Shown here: piece after piece, positions 36,731 through 47,876 of the stretch
Layout: each line of letters begins with the position of its first letter
How positions within the stretch are numbered: position 1 is the stretch's first letter
Origin: Betaproteobacteria bacterium
GTDB taxonomy: Bacteria > Pseudomonadota > Gammaproteobacteria > Burkholderiales > SG8-41
DNA: 62,338 nt
Reading direction: 5' to 3'
Assembly (NCBI GenBank): GCA_016199545.1
Contig: JACQGN010000031.1
Span: 1-62,338, forward strand
The notes under the pieces: model-generated
Seen by the model: only the letters and a program-made list of their open reading frames with translations
What the model was told of the DNA's origin: nothing
Databases searched by the model: none
Program-made: the position numbers and the translations under genes

Positions 36731-37375
36731 GTCCTTCGCGCCGGCCCTCACCAGGATTTCAGAGACTTCCTTCATCCCGCGCTCGCGCGCGACTTCCAGC
36801 GCCGTATAGCCGAGCGGAGTGCGGTAGTTGACGTCCGCACCATGCTCCATGAGCAGCAGCACCATGGGCAGATGTCCCTCGCGCGCGGCCATCATCAGTG
36901 CCGTCGTGCCATTTTCGGCTGCTGCATCCACCTTGGCGCCACGACTGATCAGCTTCCGAGCTATATCCAGATGGCTGTTCGCCGCTGCATACATGAGCGG
37001 TGTCCAGCCGGACGGGTTCACATCGGACCCGTGCGCGAGCAACATCTCGACGATCTCCGTGTGCCCGCGCAACGCGGCCAGCATCAGAGCCGTCTCACCA
37101 TAGGCGTTCCGTGCGTCCACTCGCGGCTTGGCCACAAGCAGGGTCCTGACGATATTCGGTTTTCCCTCCTTGACGGCAAGCATCAGAAGGGACTCGCCTT
37201 CACGCGTCACGCTGTTGACCTCAAATCCGCGGTTAAGCAGCGAAGCGACCGTGCGGGTGTCGTCCAGGTCGATGGCCCGGATCATGTCGTCGTAAGCGTC
37301 GGCGCGCGCCCCTCCAGCAACGAAAGTGAGCGCGCTGAAGAGCAGAATAATCCTAATGTGTCGTATGATGAACAT
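36728..37375 (-). CDS. Secreted ankyrin-repeat protein
   Basis: Signal peptide MFIIRHIRIILLFSALTFVAGGARA. About 5 ANK repeats (G.TALM.AA..GH...V..LL..GA.VN). Confidence 0.85.
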   Translation of the reverse strand: MFIIRHIRIILLFSALTFVAGGARADAYDDMIRAIDLDDTRTVASLLNRGFEVNSVTREGESLLMLAVKEGKPNIVRTLLVAKPRVDARNAYGETALMLAALRGHTEIVEMLLAHGSDVNPSGWTPLMYAAANSHLDIARKLISRGAKVDAAAENGTTALMMAAREGHLPMVLLLMEHGADVNYRTPLGYTALEVARERGMKEVSEILVRAGAKD

Positions 37376-38141
37376 TTTCCAAGACCTTGAACAATCTTAA
37401 GAAATTTGATGTTGTCCATGTCGCCACGCTGTCGAGCGTCAACCCCCGCAGCCGCGCAATTTCCTCGGCGACGTGTCTGACATATCCCGGCTGGTTGAGC
37501 TTTCCCCGATGCGGGACCGGCGCCAGATAGGGGGAGTCGGTCTCGATGAGCATGCGTTCCATGGGTACCTTCATCGCCACCTCTTTCAGCGCCGTGGCGT
37601 TCTTGAAGGTGACGATCCCGGAAAACGAAATGTAGAACCCCAGATCGAGCGCCGCCGCTGCCGTGTCCCACGACTCGGTGAAGCAGTGCATCACGCCGCC
37701 AGCGCGATCCGCGCCCTCCTCGCGCATAATGCGTATCGTGTCCGCAGCAGCATCGCGCGTGTGGACAATCAGCGGTTTCGCGCAGGACAGGGCCGCGCGG
37801 ATGTGGCGGCGAAACCGCTCTCGCTGCCATTCCAGATCACCCTTGAGACGATGATAGTCGAGCCCGGTTTCGCCGATGGCAACGACCCTGGGATGAGTTG
37901 CGAGCCGTACCAGGTCGCCGGGCTCCGCCTCCCGCACACCCTGTGAGTCAGGATGGATGCCGACCGACGCGTAAATATGCGGGTAACGTTCGGCGAGTTC
38001 CAGCACCGCCGGAAAATCCTCCAACGTGACGCTCACGCATAAGGCGTGCGTGACCTGCTTCTCGCGCATGTTGGCCATGACGCGTTCCAGGTCGCCCGCG
38101 AGTTCCGGAAAGTTCAAGTGGCAATGGGAGTCGACGAACAT
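37353..38141 (-). CDS. tatD: TatD-family metal-dependent hydrolase/DNase
   Basis: MFVDSHCHLNF...IGETGLDYH...Q...F..HI..A....KPLIVHTRDA...GGVMHCFT...ISFSG...LIETDSPYL. Confidence 0.9.
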   Translation of the reverse strand: MFVDSHCHLNFPELAGDLERVMANMREKQVTHALCVSVTLEDFPAVLELAERYPHIYASVGIHPDSQGVREAEPGDLVRLATHPRVVAIGETGLDYHRLKGDLEWQRERFRRHIRAALSCAKPLIVHTRDAAADTIRIMREEGADRAGGVMHCFTESWDTAAAALDLGFYISFSGIVTFKNATALKEVAMKVPMERMLIETDSPYLAPVPHRGKLNQPGYVRHVAEEIARLRGLTLDSVATWTTSNFLRLFKVLENVHHTTH

Positions 38142-38142
38142 G

Positions 38143-39168
38143 TCACGCGGCCTTTCGCGTGTCGGGCGCGGTTGGCGCGACCGCGCGCTGGTAGTCGATG
38201 AGAAGCCTCTCGAACAGCAGCCTGGCATTCAGGGGATGCTCCACGACGCGTTGCAGGCGGATGAGTTCGCGGTGGTAGCGCAGCAGCGCGAGCATGTCGA
38301 TGCCGGATGCGAGCGACGCGACCGGCCGGGAAAAGTCCGGGTTGTAGCGAATGGCGTCGACGCAGTGCTGCAGCAGTATGTCGAAGCTCCATTTCTGGAG
38401 CCATCCGACGACCTCCTCGACGCCGTAGTCACGCACGCGCTCAGCGGTGACGAGCGCGTCGAAGCCGGGGTCAGCCAGACTTGTGAACAGGTCGTTCCGG
38501 CGCTGCCAGTAGTCCGCTTGCGCCAGTTCGCGCGCGAGCAAGGGCGCATTCCCGGTGTGTGCGAGCGCGAGGGCCGGGTCTGCAATTCCCTGCGCCTTCA
38601 GCCATGCAGCGGCGGCGTCAGCATCCGGCCGTGCAAGGCAGACCTGGCGGCAGCGGCTGCGGACGGTGGCTGGGAGATAGCTCGGCCGGTGCGCCACCAG
38701 CAAAAAGATGACGCCTGCGGGAGGTTCCTCCAGGCTCTTGAGGAGCGCATTGGCGGCGTTGAGGTTGAGCGCTTCCGCCGGATGAATCAGGATGAGCTTG
38801 GCGCCGCCACGGTGACTGGACGTGCCGACGAAATCCGCCAGCGCCCGTATTTGGTCCACCGCGATCTGGTCGCTACTCCCCTTTTCCGCTGACTGCTCCT
38901 CGCCTGAAAGCTTCGCCGTCAGGCTTTCCGGCTCAACGCGCCTGACATCCGGATGGTTACCGGCGCCGAACCACCCGCATGCGGGGCACACCTCGCAGGC
39001 TCCGCCGGTGCGCCCGGATCCCTCACACAGCAGGGCTTGCGCCAAGGCCGTAGCGAAAGCGAGTTTGCCGATGCCACGGGGGCCGTGGATGAGCAGTGCA
39101 TGCCCCAGCGCCGCACGCCCCGCCAGGAGTCGCTCAAATTCCGATCTGTGCCAAGGTAAGTAGCTCAT
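38143..39168 (-). CDS. holB: DNA polymerase III subunit delta prime
   Basis: HALLIHGPRGIGK, the zinc module C..C..C and the GNHPD motif. Synteny with tmk. Confidence 0.85.
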   Translation of the reverse strand: MSYLPWHRSEFERLLAGRAALGHALLIHGPRGIGKLAFATALAQALLCEGSGRTGGACEVCPACGWFGAGNHPDVRRVEPESLTAKLSGEEQSAEKGSSDQIAVDQIRALADFVGTSSHRGGAKLILIHPAEALNLNAANALLKSLEEPPAGVIFLLVAHRPSYLPATVRSRCRQVCLARPDADAAAAWLKAQGIADPALALAHTGNAPLLARELAQADYWQRRNDLFTSLADPGFDALVTAERVRDYGVEEVVGWLQKWSFDILLQHCVDAIRYNPDFSRPVASLASGIDMLALLRYHRELIRLQRVVEHPLNARLLFERLLIDYQRAVAPTAPDTRKAA

Positions 39169-39199
39169 TTACAGGCGTTTAAGTCGAGTACTCGAGGGT

Positions 39200-39817
39200 T
39201 TACTTGATAAGTTCATCGAGCATGTTTTCCAGGCGCCTGGCGATCTCCGGAATCGTTGCGCTGGCATCGATCACACGGATGCGGGCCGGCGCCTCGCGTG
39301 CGCGGCGCAGGTAGGCCGCCCGCACCCGCTCGAAGAACGCTTCGGCCTCCTGTTCGAACCGGTCCGGGGCCTTGATCCGATCTCGGCGCGCACGACCGAG
39401 TTCCGGCGGCACGTCCAGATAGACGGTCAAATCCGGCTGCAGGTCGGCGTGCACCCAGCGTTCGAGCGCCTCGATCCGGGCCCAAGGCACACCGCTGCCG
39501 CCGCTCTGGTAGGCAAACGTGGCGTCGGTAAAGCGGTCACACAGCACCCACGCGCCTGCCGCGAGCGCCGGCCGGATGATCTTGTCGAGGTGCTCGTGCC
39601 GAGCGGCAAACATCAGCAACGTCTCCGTTTCCGGATGCAGGCGCTGGTCGCGGTCGAGGAGCAGCTGCCTCAGCTTTTCCCCAAGGGCGGTACCGCCCGG
39701 TTCACGGGTGGTTCGAACGGTGAGCCCGTGCTCGCGGAGCACTTGGGCAAGGCCCGCGAGGTGCGTGCTCTTCCCTGCTCCGTCCATGCCTTCCAAGGTG
39801 ATGAATTTCCCGGACAT
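39200..39817 (-). CDS. tmk: Thymidylate kinase
   Basis: [19 protein letters not shown]-loop, TREPGGT, DRF. The ATG at 39817 overlaps the mltG stop (TGATG). The longer track ORF is an upstream over-extension. Confidence 0.9.
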   Translation of the reverse strand: MSGKFITLEGMDGAGKSTHLAGLAQVLREHGLTVRTTREPGGTALGEKLRQLLLDRDQRLHPETETLLMFAARHEHLDKIIRPALAAGAWVLCDRFTDATFAYQSGGSGVPWARIEALERWVHADLQPDLTVYLDVPPELGRARRDRIKAPDRFEQEAEAFFERVRAAYLRRAREAPARIRVIDASATIPEIARRLENMLDELIK

Positions 39818-40830
39818 CAACGCCGCCCCGATCGCTGGTATTTTGTCACGGCCCGCTCGTGTTCGGCCAACGTCCGCGAGAAATGTGACGTGCCGTCGCC
39901 CCGCGCGACGAAATACAGCACATCGCCGGGCGCCGGGTTGAGCGCCGCGCGGATGGCGCCGAGCCCTGGCATGGCGATCGGCGTCGGCGGCAGCCCGCTC
40001 CGGGTGTAGGTGTTGTACTCGGAATCGGCGATGAGATCGCGCTTGCGGAGATTGCCGTCGAAATCGTCCCCGAGACCGTAGATCACCGTCGGGTCCGACT
40101 GCAGCTTCATGCCGGCACGCAGCCGGTTGACGAACACGGCCGCGATCAGCGGCCGCTCCTCGGCCCAACCGGTCTCCTTCTCGATGATCGAAGCCACTAT
40201 GAGCGCCTCGTAGGAGCTCGCGAGCGGCAGGGTGCTGGCGCGGCGTTCCCACTGCTCCGCCAGATGGCGGCGCATGAGACGATGGGCGCGCCGCAGGACC
40301 GCGAGGTCGCTGCCGCCACTGCTGACGTAGTAGGTATCGGGAAAAAACCATCCTTCGGCGGATGCTTCGCTGCTGCCCAGGCGCGCAAGGATCTCGCCGT
40401 CGGCAAGCCCGGTGGTGTCATGGCGCAGGGCCGGATGCTCGTCGAGCGCGCGGCGCATCTGCCGAAACGTCCACCCCTCCGGAAACACGACTGCCACCTG
40501 GGTGTAGTCGCCCTCGGTGATCTTGCGCAGGAGCTGGAGCGGCGTGATTGGCGCCTCGATTTCGTAGTTCCCGGCCTTGACGCTGGCAGCCTTGTTCAGC
40601 GCCCGCCCAAGAAGGACGAACAGCGCCGGGTGGTTCAGGACTCCAGCATCGGCAAGCTGGCGCGAAACCGCTGTCAGCGTGCTGCCTTTTCGCACGTCGA
40701 ACTGCAATGGCGTCTGCGGCGGTGCTACAGCCGCCGTGAGATAGTAGGCGAGCCCGCCGCAGGCGATGGCGATGGCAAGCGCCAGCAGGATGGCGGCGCG
40801 TCGCGGCGCGTTGCTAATCGCCGTCCTCAT
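39817..40830 (-). CDS. mltG: Endolytic murein transglycosylase MltG (YceG-like)
   Basis: N-terminal TM anchor. LASIIEKE(T) and [14 protein letters not shown] motifs. Confidence 0.85.
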   Translation of the reverse strand: MRTAISNAPRRAAILLALAIAIACGGLAYYLTAAVAPPQTPLQFDVRKGSTLTAVSRQLADAGVLNHPALFVLLGRALNKAASVKAGNYEIEAPITPLQLLRKITEGDYTQVAVVFPEGWTFRQMRRALDEHPALRHDTTGLADGEILARLGSSEASAEGWFFPDTYYVSSGGSDLAVLRRAHRLMRRHLAEQWERRASTLPLASSYEALIVASIIEKETGWAEERPLIAAVFVNRLRAGMKLQSDPTVIYGLGDDFDGNLRKRDLIADSEYNTYTRSGLPPTPIAMPGLGAIRAALNPAPGDVLYFVARGDGTSHFSRTLAEHERAVTKYQRSGRR

Positions 40831-41626
40831 CGAGCCAGCGGCGCACCTGCGCCGTTACCGTACCCGGGCCCCATGCCCTGCCGTCCAGCCGCCGCACCTG
40901 CCACACGCCGATCAGGGTGTTGACCAGCATGACTTCCTGTGCCGCGAGGAGCCTTTCGAGAGCGATGCGTTCCACGGCGCGTGCGACGCCGTGCCGCCGC
41001 GCGCCATCCATCACGCGGTCGCGGGTGACGCCCGCGATTCCGCACTGGCTGAGATCGGGCGTCGTGATCCTCTCCCCTTCCACGACGAACACGTTGCTCA
41101 TCGTCCCGCCGATCACGTTGCCGGCGTAATCCAGCAGGAGCCCTTCGGCAATCCCGGGATCGTCCCACTCGGCGCGTGCGAGGACATTCTCAAGCCGGTT
41201 GAGATGCTTGACCCCGGCCAGCGCCGGCTGCCAGCCGAGGCGCAGCGCACACACGCGCGCCGTGATGCCGCGCTCGATCCATTCCGCAGGATGCTGCGGG
41301 AGCGGCGAACGCGATACGGTACGCATAGGACGCACCGGCGCGGGACTTGCATAGCCGCGGGGGCCGCTGCCGCGTGTCACCACGATTTTGACCGCGCAGG
41401 ACCGCTCTCCGCCGGCAACCTGCCGGGCCTCCTCTCGCAGCAACGTCTCCTCCGGGCACGGAATGCCCAGGGCATGTGCGTCGAATGCGAGCTTCCCGAA
41501 CTGCCGGTGCCACGAGCGCAGCTGCCCGTCGCGCACGACAAGCGTGCGGAACACACCGTCGCCATAGGCAAGTCCGCGATCGGAGGCCGGGACAGTATCG
41601 ATCGCGACTCCGTTGACCAGGATCAT
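40814..41626 (-). CDS. pabC: Aminodeoxychorismate lyase (class IV aminotransferase fold)
   Basis: SDRGLAYGDGVFRTL, KHLNRLENVLA, GI.G.TR. Position between fabF and mltG. Confidence 0.75.
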   Translation of the reverse strand: MILVNGVAIDTVPASDRGLAYGDGVFRTLVVRDGQLRSWHRQFGKLAFDAHALGIPCPEETLLREEARQVAGGERSCAVKIVVTRGSGPRGYASPAPVRPMRTVSRSPLPQHPAEWIERGITARVCALRLGWQPALAGVKHLNRLENVLARAEWDDPGIAEGLLLDYAGNVIGGTMSNVFVVEGERITTPDLSQCGIAGVTRDRVMDGARRHGVARAVERIALERLLAAQEVMLVNTLIGVWQVRRLDGRAWGPGTVTAQVRRWLDEDGD

Positions 41627-41683
41627 TGGGCGCACCCCATCACCGCGACACAAGCCGCCGGGCGGGATTGTTTCGTCGCGAGC

Positions 41684-42922
41684 TTAGACTCTGCGAAAAA
41701 CCAGGCTGCCGTTGGTGCCGCCGAACCCGAACGAGTTGGAAACCGCAACCTCGATCTTCATCCGGCGCGCCGCATTCGGCACGTAGTCCAGGTCGCACTG
41801 CGGGTCGGGATTGAACAGGTTGATGGTCGGCGGCGCGACCTGATCGCGCAGCGCCAGCGCCGTGAATACCGCCTCGACGCCGCCCGCCGCGCCGAGCAGG
41901 TGCCCGGTCATCGACTTGGTCGAACTGATGGCGAGCTTGCCGGCGTGGTCGCCGAAGCAGCGCTTCACCGCCACGGTTTCCGCGATGTCGCCCAGCGGCG
42001 TCGACGTCCCGTGCGCATTGACGTAATCGACGTCTTCCCGGTTGATGCCCGCGTTGCGCACCGCGTTCGCCATGCATCGAAGTGCGCCGTCGCCATCCTC
42101 TCGGGGGGCGGTAATGTGGTGGGCGTCCGCGCTCATGCCATAACCAGCGAGCTCGCAGTAAATCGTCGCGCCGCGCGCACTCGCGTGTTCGTACTCCTCC
42201 AGCACCAGCACACCTGCGCCCTCACCCAGCACGAAGCCGTCGCGGTCGCGGTCCCAGGGACGGCTCGCGCTCCCGGGATCATCGTTGCGCCCGGACAGCG
42301 CCCGCGCCGCACAGAATCCGCCCACGCCCAGCGGCGACACGGTGGACTCGGTGCCGCCCGCGACCATCACGTCGGCATCGCCATATTCGATCAGCCGGCC
42401 CGAGTCTCCGATACAATGGGTCGCCGTGGTGCAAGCGGTGACGATCGCGAGGTTCGGTCCCTTGAAACCGTACATGATCGACACGTTGCCCGCCACCATG
42501 TTGATGATGGTGCCCGGCACGAAGAAGGGCGAAATCTTGCGCGGCCCGCTTTTCTGCAGTTCAGCGTGCGTATCTTCGATCAGCGGCAACCCGCCGATTC
42601 CCGAGCCGATGTTGACGCCGATGCGTTCGGCGTTCTGCGGCGTGGCTTCAATACCCGAGTCCTTGATGGCCTCGATGGCAGCCGCAATGCCGTAGTGAAT
42701 GAAGGTATCCATCCGGCGCGCTTCCTTTGCCGACAGATATTGTGTAACGTCGAACCCGCGCACCTCGCCTGCGATCTGCGAACTGAAGGCCGCCGGGTCG
42801 AAACGCGAAATCCGGGTAATGCCTGACTTACCCTCGATGATATCGGCCCAGGCCCGGGCCACGCCAATCCCCACCGGCGAGACGATCCCCAGCCCGGTGA
42901 CAACAACTCTGCGTCTGGACAA
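41684..42922 (-). CDS. fabF: 3-oxoacyl-ACP synthase II
   Basis: [12 protein letters not shown], the active-site ACTT Cys region, HGTSTPLGD and NSFGFGGTN. Confidence 0.95.
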   Translation of the reverse strand: MSRRRVVVTGLGIVSPVGIGVARAWADIIEGKSGITRISRFDPAAFSSQIAGEVRGFDVTQYLSAKEARRMDTFIHYGIAAAIEAIKDSGIEATPQNAERIGVNIGSGIGGLPLIEDTHAELQKSGPRKISPFFVPGTIINMVAGNVSIMYGFKGPNLAIVTACTTATHCIGDSGRLIEYGDADVMVAGGTESTVSPLGVGGFCAARALSGRNDDPGSASRPWDRDRDGFVLGEGAGVLVLEEYEHASARGATIYCELAGYGMSADAHHITAPREDGDGALRCMANAVRNAGINREDVDYVNAHGTSTPLGDIAETVAVKRCFGDHAGKLAISSTKSMTGHLLGAAGGVEAVFTALALRDQVAPPTINLFNPDPQCDLDYVPNAARRMKIEVAVSNSFGFGGTNGSLVFRRV

Positions 42923-42946
42923 ACTGGCTCCGGAGCGGGCCCTGGC

Positions 42947-43186
42947 TCAGGACTTGACGTGGGCCTTGATGTAGTCGATCGCCTGCTGCACCGTGGTGAT
43001 CTTCTCGGCGTCCTCGTCGGGAATTTCGGTCTCGAATTCTTCCTCGAGCGCCATGACGAGTTCCACGGTATCCAGAGAGTCCGCGCCCAGATCGTTGACG
43101 AAGGACGACACGTTCTTGACGTCGCCTTCGTTGACCCCCAGCTGCTCCGCCACAATTTTCTTGACTCGGGTTTCGATCGTATCCAT
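42947..43186 (-). CDS. acpP: Acyl carrier protein
   Basis: [19 protein letters not shown] phosphopantetheine-site motif. GAGGA RBS before the ATG at 43186. Confidence 0.95.
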   Translation of the reverse strand: MDTIETRVKKIVAEQLGVNEGDVKNVSSFVNDLGADSLDTVELVMALEEEFETEIPDEDAEKITTVQQAIDYIKAHVKS

Positions 43187-43323
43187 CAAACTTTCCTCTC
43201 TTGTTTATCGATCTGCCGTCGACCACCATCGCGGGAGCTGCAACCGGGCAGCGCTGGCGCATTGGCGGCGTATTTTACCAGAATTGAAAACTTCCAACGA
43301 TCTGAAAATCAAGAACAATCATA

Positions 43324-44070
43324 CTAATCCATGTACATGCCGCCGTTCACATGGATGGTGCTTCCCGTGATGTACGATGCGCCGGGCGAAGCGAGGAACG
43401 CGACCGCGGCCGCCACGTCCCGCGCCTCCCCGAGACGCCCGAGCGGAATGTGGCCGATCAAGGCGCTGCGCTGCTCGGCGCCGAGCGCGCGCGTCATGTC
43501 GGTATCGATGAAACCCGGGGCCACGCAGTTGACGGTGATGTTGCGCGCGCCGACCTCCCGGGCGAGCGACTTTGAAAAACCGACGATACCGGCCTTGGCC
43601 GCCGCATAGTTGGTCTGTCCCGGGTTGCCCATCACGCCGGCGACCGAGGTGATGTTGATGATGCGCCCGTAGCGCGCTTTCACCATCGGCCGCAGCACCC
43701 GCTTCGACAACCGGTACACCGAACGCAGGTCGGTGGACATGATATCGTCCCATTCCTCGTCCTTCATCCGCAACAAGAGGTTGTCGCGCGTGATCCCGGC
43801 GTTGTTGACGAGAATCGACACGTCGCCGTACTTCGCCCGCACTCCCTCGAGCGCCGCATCGACCTGCGCCGTATCGTTCACGTTCATCGCAAGTCCCGTG
43901 CCAGTATTGCCCTGCGCGCACAGGTAGCGTGCGATTGCCGCCGCTCCTTCGACGGTAGTCGCGGTACCGACGACCACTGCCCCGTCGCGGGCAAGCTGCA
44001 GCGCGATGGCCTCGCCGATGCCGCGCGACGCGCCGGTAACCAGGGCGACCCTGCCGTCGAGGCCCGTCAT
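43324..44070 (-). CDS. fabG: 3-oxoacyl-ACP reductase
   Basis: SDR motifs TGASRGIG, NNAG and YAAAKAG. ATGA overlap with the fabD stop. Confidence 0.95.
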   Translation of the reverse strand: MTGLDGRVALVTGASRGIGEAIALQLARDGAVVVGTATTVEGAAAIARYLCAQGNTGTGLAMNVNDTAQVDAALEGVRAKYGDVSILVNNAGITRDNLLLRMKDEEWDDIMSTDLRSVYRLSKRVLRPMVKARYGRIINITSVAGVMGNPGQTNYAAAKAGIVGFSKSLAREVGARNITVNCVAPGFIDTDMTRALGAEQRSALIGHIPLGRLGEARDVAAAVAFLASPGASYITGSTIHVNGGMYMD

Positions 44071-44996
44071 CGAAGCGCCAGCAATGTTTGTTGCAGAGAC
44101 CCGGGATCCGTAATTGCGTAGCTCTCAACGTCGCCGGCGATGCGCCTCGTGAGACCTGCCAGCACTTTGCCCGGGCCGCACTCGGCGAGATGCGTGACAC
44201 CTGATGCAACCATCTGTCGCACCACCTCGACCCAGCGTACCGGATTGCACGCCTGCCGCGCCAGCGCGTCCTTGATGCGCGCCGGATCCTCGGTGGCTGT
44301 CGCATCGACGTTGTTGATCACTGGAATGCCCGGCCGCGAAATCGCGATGCCCGCAAGCCGCGCAGCAAGTCGATCGGCCGCCGGTTTGAGCAGTGTGGAG
44401 TGAAATGGCGCGCTCACCGGTAGCATCATTGCGCGTTTCGCGCCACGCGATTTCGCCGCCGCCGCCGCGCGTTCGACCGCGGCCTTGTGCCCTGCGACGA
44501 CGACCTGGCTCGGAGCATTGAAGTTCACGGCTTCGGCGACCTCGCCTTGGGCGGCTTCGTTACACGCGGCACGGACCTGATCGTCGTCCAGGCCGAGAAT
44601 TGCCGCCATTGCCCCGGCGCCCAACGGCACGGCCTCCTGCATGGCCTGCGCCCGGAACCGTACCAACGGCACGGCATGGCGGAACGCGAGGGCCTCGGCT
44701 ACGACCAGCGCTGTGTACTCGCCCAGGCTGTGCCCTGCGACGATCGCCGGCGCAACGCCACCCGCTTCCCGCCATGCCCGATACACCGCGTAGCCGGCCG
44801 CAAGCATCACCGGCTGGGTATTGACGGTCGCGTTCAGCTCCTCGGCGGGGCCTTCAGCGACCAGTTTCCACAGATCCTGGCCGAGGGCTTCGGACGCTTC
44901 GGTAAACGTATCGCGTACGGCGCGGCTGTCGGCGAACGGCTGCATCATGCCTATCGCCTGCGAGCCCTGCCCCGGAAAAACCATCCCGAACCTCAT
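44067..44996 (-). CDS. fabD: Malonyl-CoA:ACP transacylase
   Basis: FPGQGSQ, GHSLGEY, and its position in the fab cluster. Confidence 0.95.
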   Translation of the reverse strand: MRFGMVFPGQGSQAIGMMQPFADSRAVRDTFTEASEALGQDLWKLVAEGPAEELNATVNTQPVMLAAGYAVYRAWREAGGVAPAIVAGHSLGEYTALVVAEALAFRHAVPLVRFRAQAMQEAVPLGAGAMAAILGLDDDQVRAACNEAAQGEVAEAVNFNAPSQVVVAGHKAAVERAAAAAKSRGAKRAMMLPVSAPFHSTLLKPAADRLAARLAGIAISRPGIPVINNVDATATEDPARIKDALARQACNPVRWVEVVRQMVASGVTHLAECGPGKVLAGLTRRIAGDVESYAITDPGSLQQTLLALR

Positions 44997-45006
44997 GCTG
45001 GAACTC

Positions 45007-45969
45007 TCACCATCGGATCAGCACCGAGCCCCAGGTGAATCCCCCGCCTACGGCCGCGAGGAGGACGTGCTGACCGGCACGTATGCGCCCATCACGCACC
45101 GCTTCGTCAAGGGCGAGCGGAATCGACGCAGCCGAAGTGTTGGCGTGACGGTCCACCGTGGTCACGACTTTTTCCATGCTCAGCCCGAGTCTCCTTGCCG
45201 TCGCCTGGATGATGCGGATGTTGGCCTGATGCGGAATCAGCCAGTCGATCTGTGACTTGTCCATATGGTTTGCCGCCAGCGCCTCTTCCGCCACCTCTCC
45301 CAAAATCCGCACGGCGAACTTGAATACCGTGTTGCCTTCCATCTTGAGCAGCGGCCTGCCGCGCACCTTGCCGCCCGCAACCGTGCCCGGCACCGACAGC
45401 ATCTCGGCATAGCTGCCATCCGCGTGCAGGTGCGAAGACAATATGCCCGGCGCCGAGTCGCCCGTGAGGACCACAGCCCCTGCGCCGTCACCGAACAACA
45501 CGCAGGTCGAGCGATCGCTCCAGTCGATGATGTGGGAGTACACTTCCGTGCCCACCACCAGCGCGTTCCGGCATTGGCCGGAACGGATGAACTGGTTCGC
45601 GGTTGCAAGACCGTAGACAAAGCCGCTGCATACCGCCTGCACGTCGAACGCGGGGCAACCCCTCACGCCGAGTTTGGCCTGCAACAGGCACGCTGTGCTG
45701 GGAAAGATCATGTCGGGCGTGGTTGTGGCGACGATGATGAGTCCGATGTCCTGGACCGGGATGCCGGCTGCTTCAATCGCCTTGCGGCTCGCCGCGAGCG
45801 CGAGATCGCTCGCATTCTGATCGTCCGCCGCGACATGGCGCTGGCGTATCCCTGTGCGCGTGAGCACCCATTCGTCGGTGGTGTCCACCAGGCGTTCGAG
45901 CTCGCGGTTGGTGAGCACCTTCTGCGGCAGGTAGCTGCCGGTGCCGGCGACGCGCGAATGGATCGTCAC
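45007..45969 (-). CDS. fabH: 3-oxoacyl-ACP synthase III
   Basis: GTG start at 45969 overlapping the plsX stop (GTGA). GTGSYLP, the active-site CSGF region, HQAN, GGGFTWG. Confidence 0.9.
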   Translation of the reverse strand: MTIHSRVAGTGSYLPQKVLTNRELERLVDTTDEWVLTRTGIRQRHVAADDQNASDLALAASRKAIEAAGIPVQDIGLIIVATTTPDMIFPSTACLLQAKLGVRGCPAFDVQAVCSGFVYGLATANQFIRSGQCRNALVVGTEVYSHIIDWSDRSTCVLFGDGAGAVVLTGDSAPGILSSHLHADGSYAEMLSVPGTVAGGKVRGRPLLKMEGNTVFKFAVRILGEVAEEALAANHMDKSQIDWLIPHQANIRIIQATARRLGLSMEKVVTTVDRHANTSAASIPLALDEAVRDGRIRAGQHVLLAAVGGGFTWGSVLIRW

Positions 45970-46982
45970 GCGACGCTTTTCTGCAGCGAGGCGAGCCGCG
46001 CGCTGATGTGCGCGAGCACCGCGCTGCGCGCTTCTTCCGCCGCGCGCCGGATGGCGAATCCAAACGCGAACACGTCCGCCGAGCCGTGACTCTTGACGAT
46101 GATACCCCGCAGCCCCAGCAGCGTGGCGCCGTTGTAGCGGCGGTGGTCGAGACGGCGCTTCAAGGCGTTGATGACCGGCAATGCGAAAAATGCGGACATC
46201 CGGCTCAGGAGATTGCGGTTGAACTCCGCGCGCAGGTAAGTCGCGAACATCTGCGCCACGCCCTCCGAGGCCTTGAGCGCGACGTTGCCCACGAAACCGT
46301 CGCATACCACCACGTCAGTCGTGCCCTTGTAGATATCGTCACCCTCGACGTTGCCGTGGAAATTGAGCCCGCTCGTGCGCAGAAGTTCTGCTGCGCGCTT
46401 GACGACCTCATTGCCCTTGATATCTTCCTGCCCGATATTGAGCAAGCCCACGGTGGGCCGATCCTTGTTCTCCAGTGAGGCAACCAGTTCCGAGCCCATG
46501 ATGCCGAACTGAAGCAGGTGCTCCGCGGTGCAATCGACGTTGGCACCCAGGTCGAGCATGCAGGCCTGCCCTTTCAGGGTTGGCAGGATGCTCGCGATCG
46601 CAGGGCGGTCGACCCCGGGCAATGTCTTCAGAACAAAGCGGGCGATCGCCATCAGCGCACCCGTATTACCGGCGCTGACGCAGGCGTTTGCCGCGCCCTC
46701 CTTCACCAGATCGACCGCCACGCGCATCGACGAATCCTTCTTGTTGCGCAGCGCGGTCGCCGGCGGCTCGTCCATGGCCACGACTTCGGTCGTGTAGCGA
46801 ACCTGCAGCCGGGACCCGGGCTTGACTCCGGCCTGCCGCAGTTGGGCGTCGATGGCCTCGCTCAAACCGACCAGGATCAAAGTGACCCCAGGGTCGCTCT
46901 TCAGGAACTCAAGCGCGGCCGGAACGGTGACTTCCGCGCCTCGATCCCCTCCCATGCAATCGATGGCGACAGTCACGTCCAC
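45966..46982 (-). CDS. plsX: Phosphate acyltransferase PlsX
   Basis: [23 protein letters not shown]. Confidence 0.95.
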   Translation of the reverse strand: MDVTVAIDCMGGDRGAEVTVPAALEFLKSDPGVTLILVGLSEAIDAQLRQAGVKPGSRLQVRYTTEVVAMDEPPATALRNKKDSSMRVAVDLVKEGAANACVSAGNTGALMAIARFVLKTLPGVDRPAIASILPTLKGQACMLDLGANVDCTAEHLLQFGIMGSELVASLENKDRPTVGLLNIGQEDIKGNEVVKRAAELLRTSGLNFHGNVEGDDIYKGTTDVVVCDGFVGNVALKASEGVAQMFATYLRAEFNRNLLSRMSAFFALPVINALKRRLDHRRYNGATLLGLRGIIVKSHGSADVFAFGFAIRRAAEEARSAVLAHISARLASLQKSVA

Positions 46983-47062
46983 AAACTACCTCCCATCCGC
47001 GCCTCCCGACTCATGGATGGTTGCCGGCGTATCTCCAGTCGCGTGATCCGTCCCCCGGCAGG

Positions 47063-47242
47063 CTATTCGCTTTTGGTCTTGATAACCTTTTTGCCCCGGT
47101 AGTAACCGTTCGAGCTGATGTGGTGGCGCAAATGCACTTCGCCCGTCGTGGGTTCCACGGCGAGGGCCGGACCGCTCAGACGGTCGTGCGACCTGTGCAT
47201 TCCGCGTTTTGAAGGTGACTTCTTGTTCTGCTGAACAGCCAT
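47063..47242 (-). CDS. rpmF: 50S ribosomal protein L32
   Basis: Hand-translated: [59 protein letters not shown]. At 59 aa it is absent from the ORF track. GGAG RBS. Position between yceD and plsX. Confidence 0.9.
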   Translation of the reverse strand: MAVQQNKKSPSKRGMHRSHDRLSGPALAVEPTTGEVHLRHHISSNGYYRGKKVIKTKSE

Positions 47243-47261
47243 CTCGTAACTCCTTTACGAT

Positions 47262-47756
47262 TCATTTCCTGAGTGCCGCCAGCCCGTCGAAGGGCGAGGC
47301 GGCGCCCCCGATGCGCGGGACCCCGGGGCGCGCGGCGCACGCGCCATCAGGATGGCGGGACGACAGCGGCAGGCTCAACAGTATTTCGTCTTCGATCAGC
47401 GCCGCGACATCCATGTCCATACTCGTTACGATGCAATCCGGGGCGTCCGGCTCATCCGCTTCGGCGGGCAGCGTTTCGTTGGCGCTCACCAGCAGCAGCG
47501 TATTCATGATCCGCAGCGGGTACGCGAGCACGCCCAGGCAGCGCTGGCATTGCAGATGCAGCAGGCCAGTGACTTCGAGATGCAGCACCTGCCGCCTCTG
47601 GCGGTCCCTCCCGCCTTTGAGCAGGAAGTCTATCCCGCCGTCCGCATCAAACAGGCAGTCCTGCAACCGGCCAAAACCTGCGAGCGGAAGATGCCCCTGT
47701 AACTCGTCTTCTGCCCGGCTGAATTCCAGACCATCGATGACAGTCCGTGCAGACAT
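47262..47756 (-). CDS. yceD: YceD-family (DUF177) protein
   Basis: CQRCL...C motif pair. Conserved position upstream of rpmF. Confidence 0.85.
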   Translation of the reverse strand: MSARTVIDGLEFSRAEDELQGHLPLAGFGRLQDCLFDADGGIDFLLKGGRDRQRRQVLHLEVTGLLHLQCQRCLGVLAYPLRIMNTLLLVSANETLPAEADEPDAPDCIVTSMDMDVAALIEDEILLSLPLSSRHPDGACAARPGVPRIGGAASPFDGLAALRK

Positions 47757-47876
47757 AAGCGGGGCATGATAGTATTTTTGCGCCGGGCTGTCAAAGTAAA
47801 ATCACGGAAAACGTTGTTCCGGCAGGGACTTAGGCGGCATTGCCCCGCCCGTGCCGGATGCCACGCTGCGCTCAAG

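Noticed and set aside
39818-40351. N-terminal extension of the tmk ORF (track 39200..40351).
   Set aside because: The extension overlaps mltG in another frame and is Arg/Pro/Ala-rich. The canonical [18 protein letters not shown] start lies at 39817, coupled to the mltG stop.
40766-42826. 686-aa plus-strand ORF spanning pabC and fabF.
   Set aside because: It is antisense to two well-supported conserved genes, and its composition is Arg/Ala-rich. This is a high-GC artefact.
45970-46305. N-terminal extension of the fabH ORF into plsX.
   Set aside because: FabH homologues start just before the GTGSYLP motif, and the GTG at 45969 overlaps the plsX stop. The extension is not protein-like.
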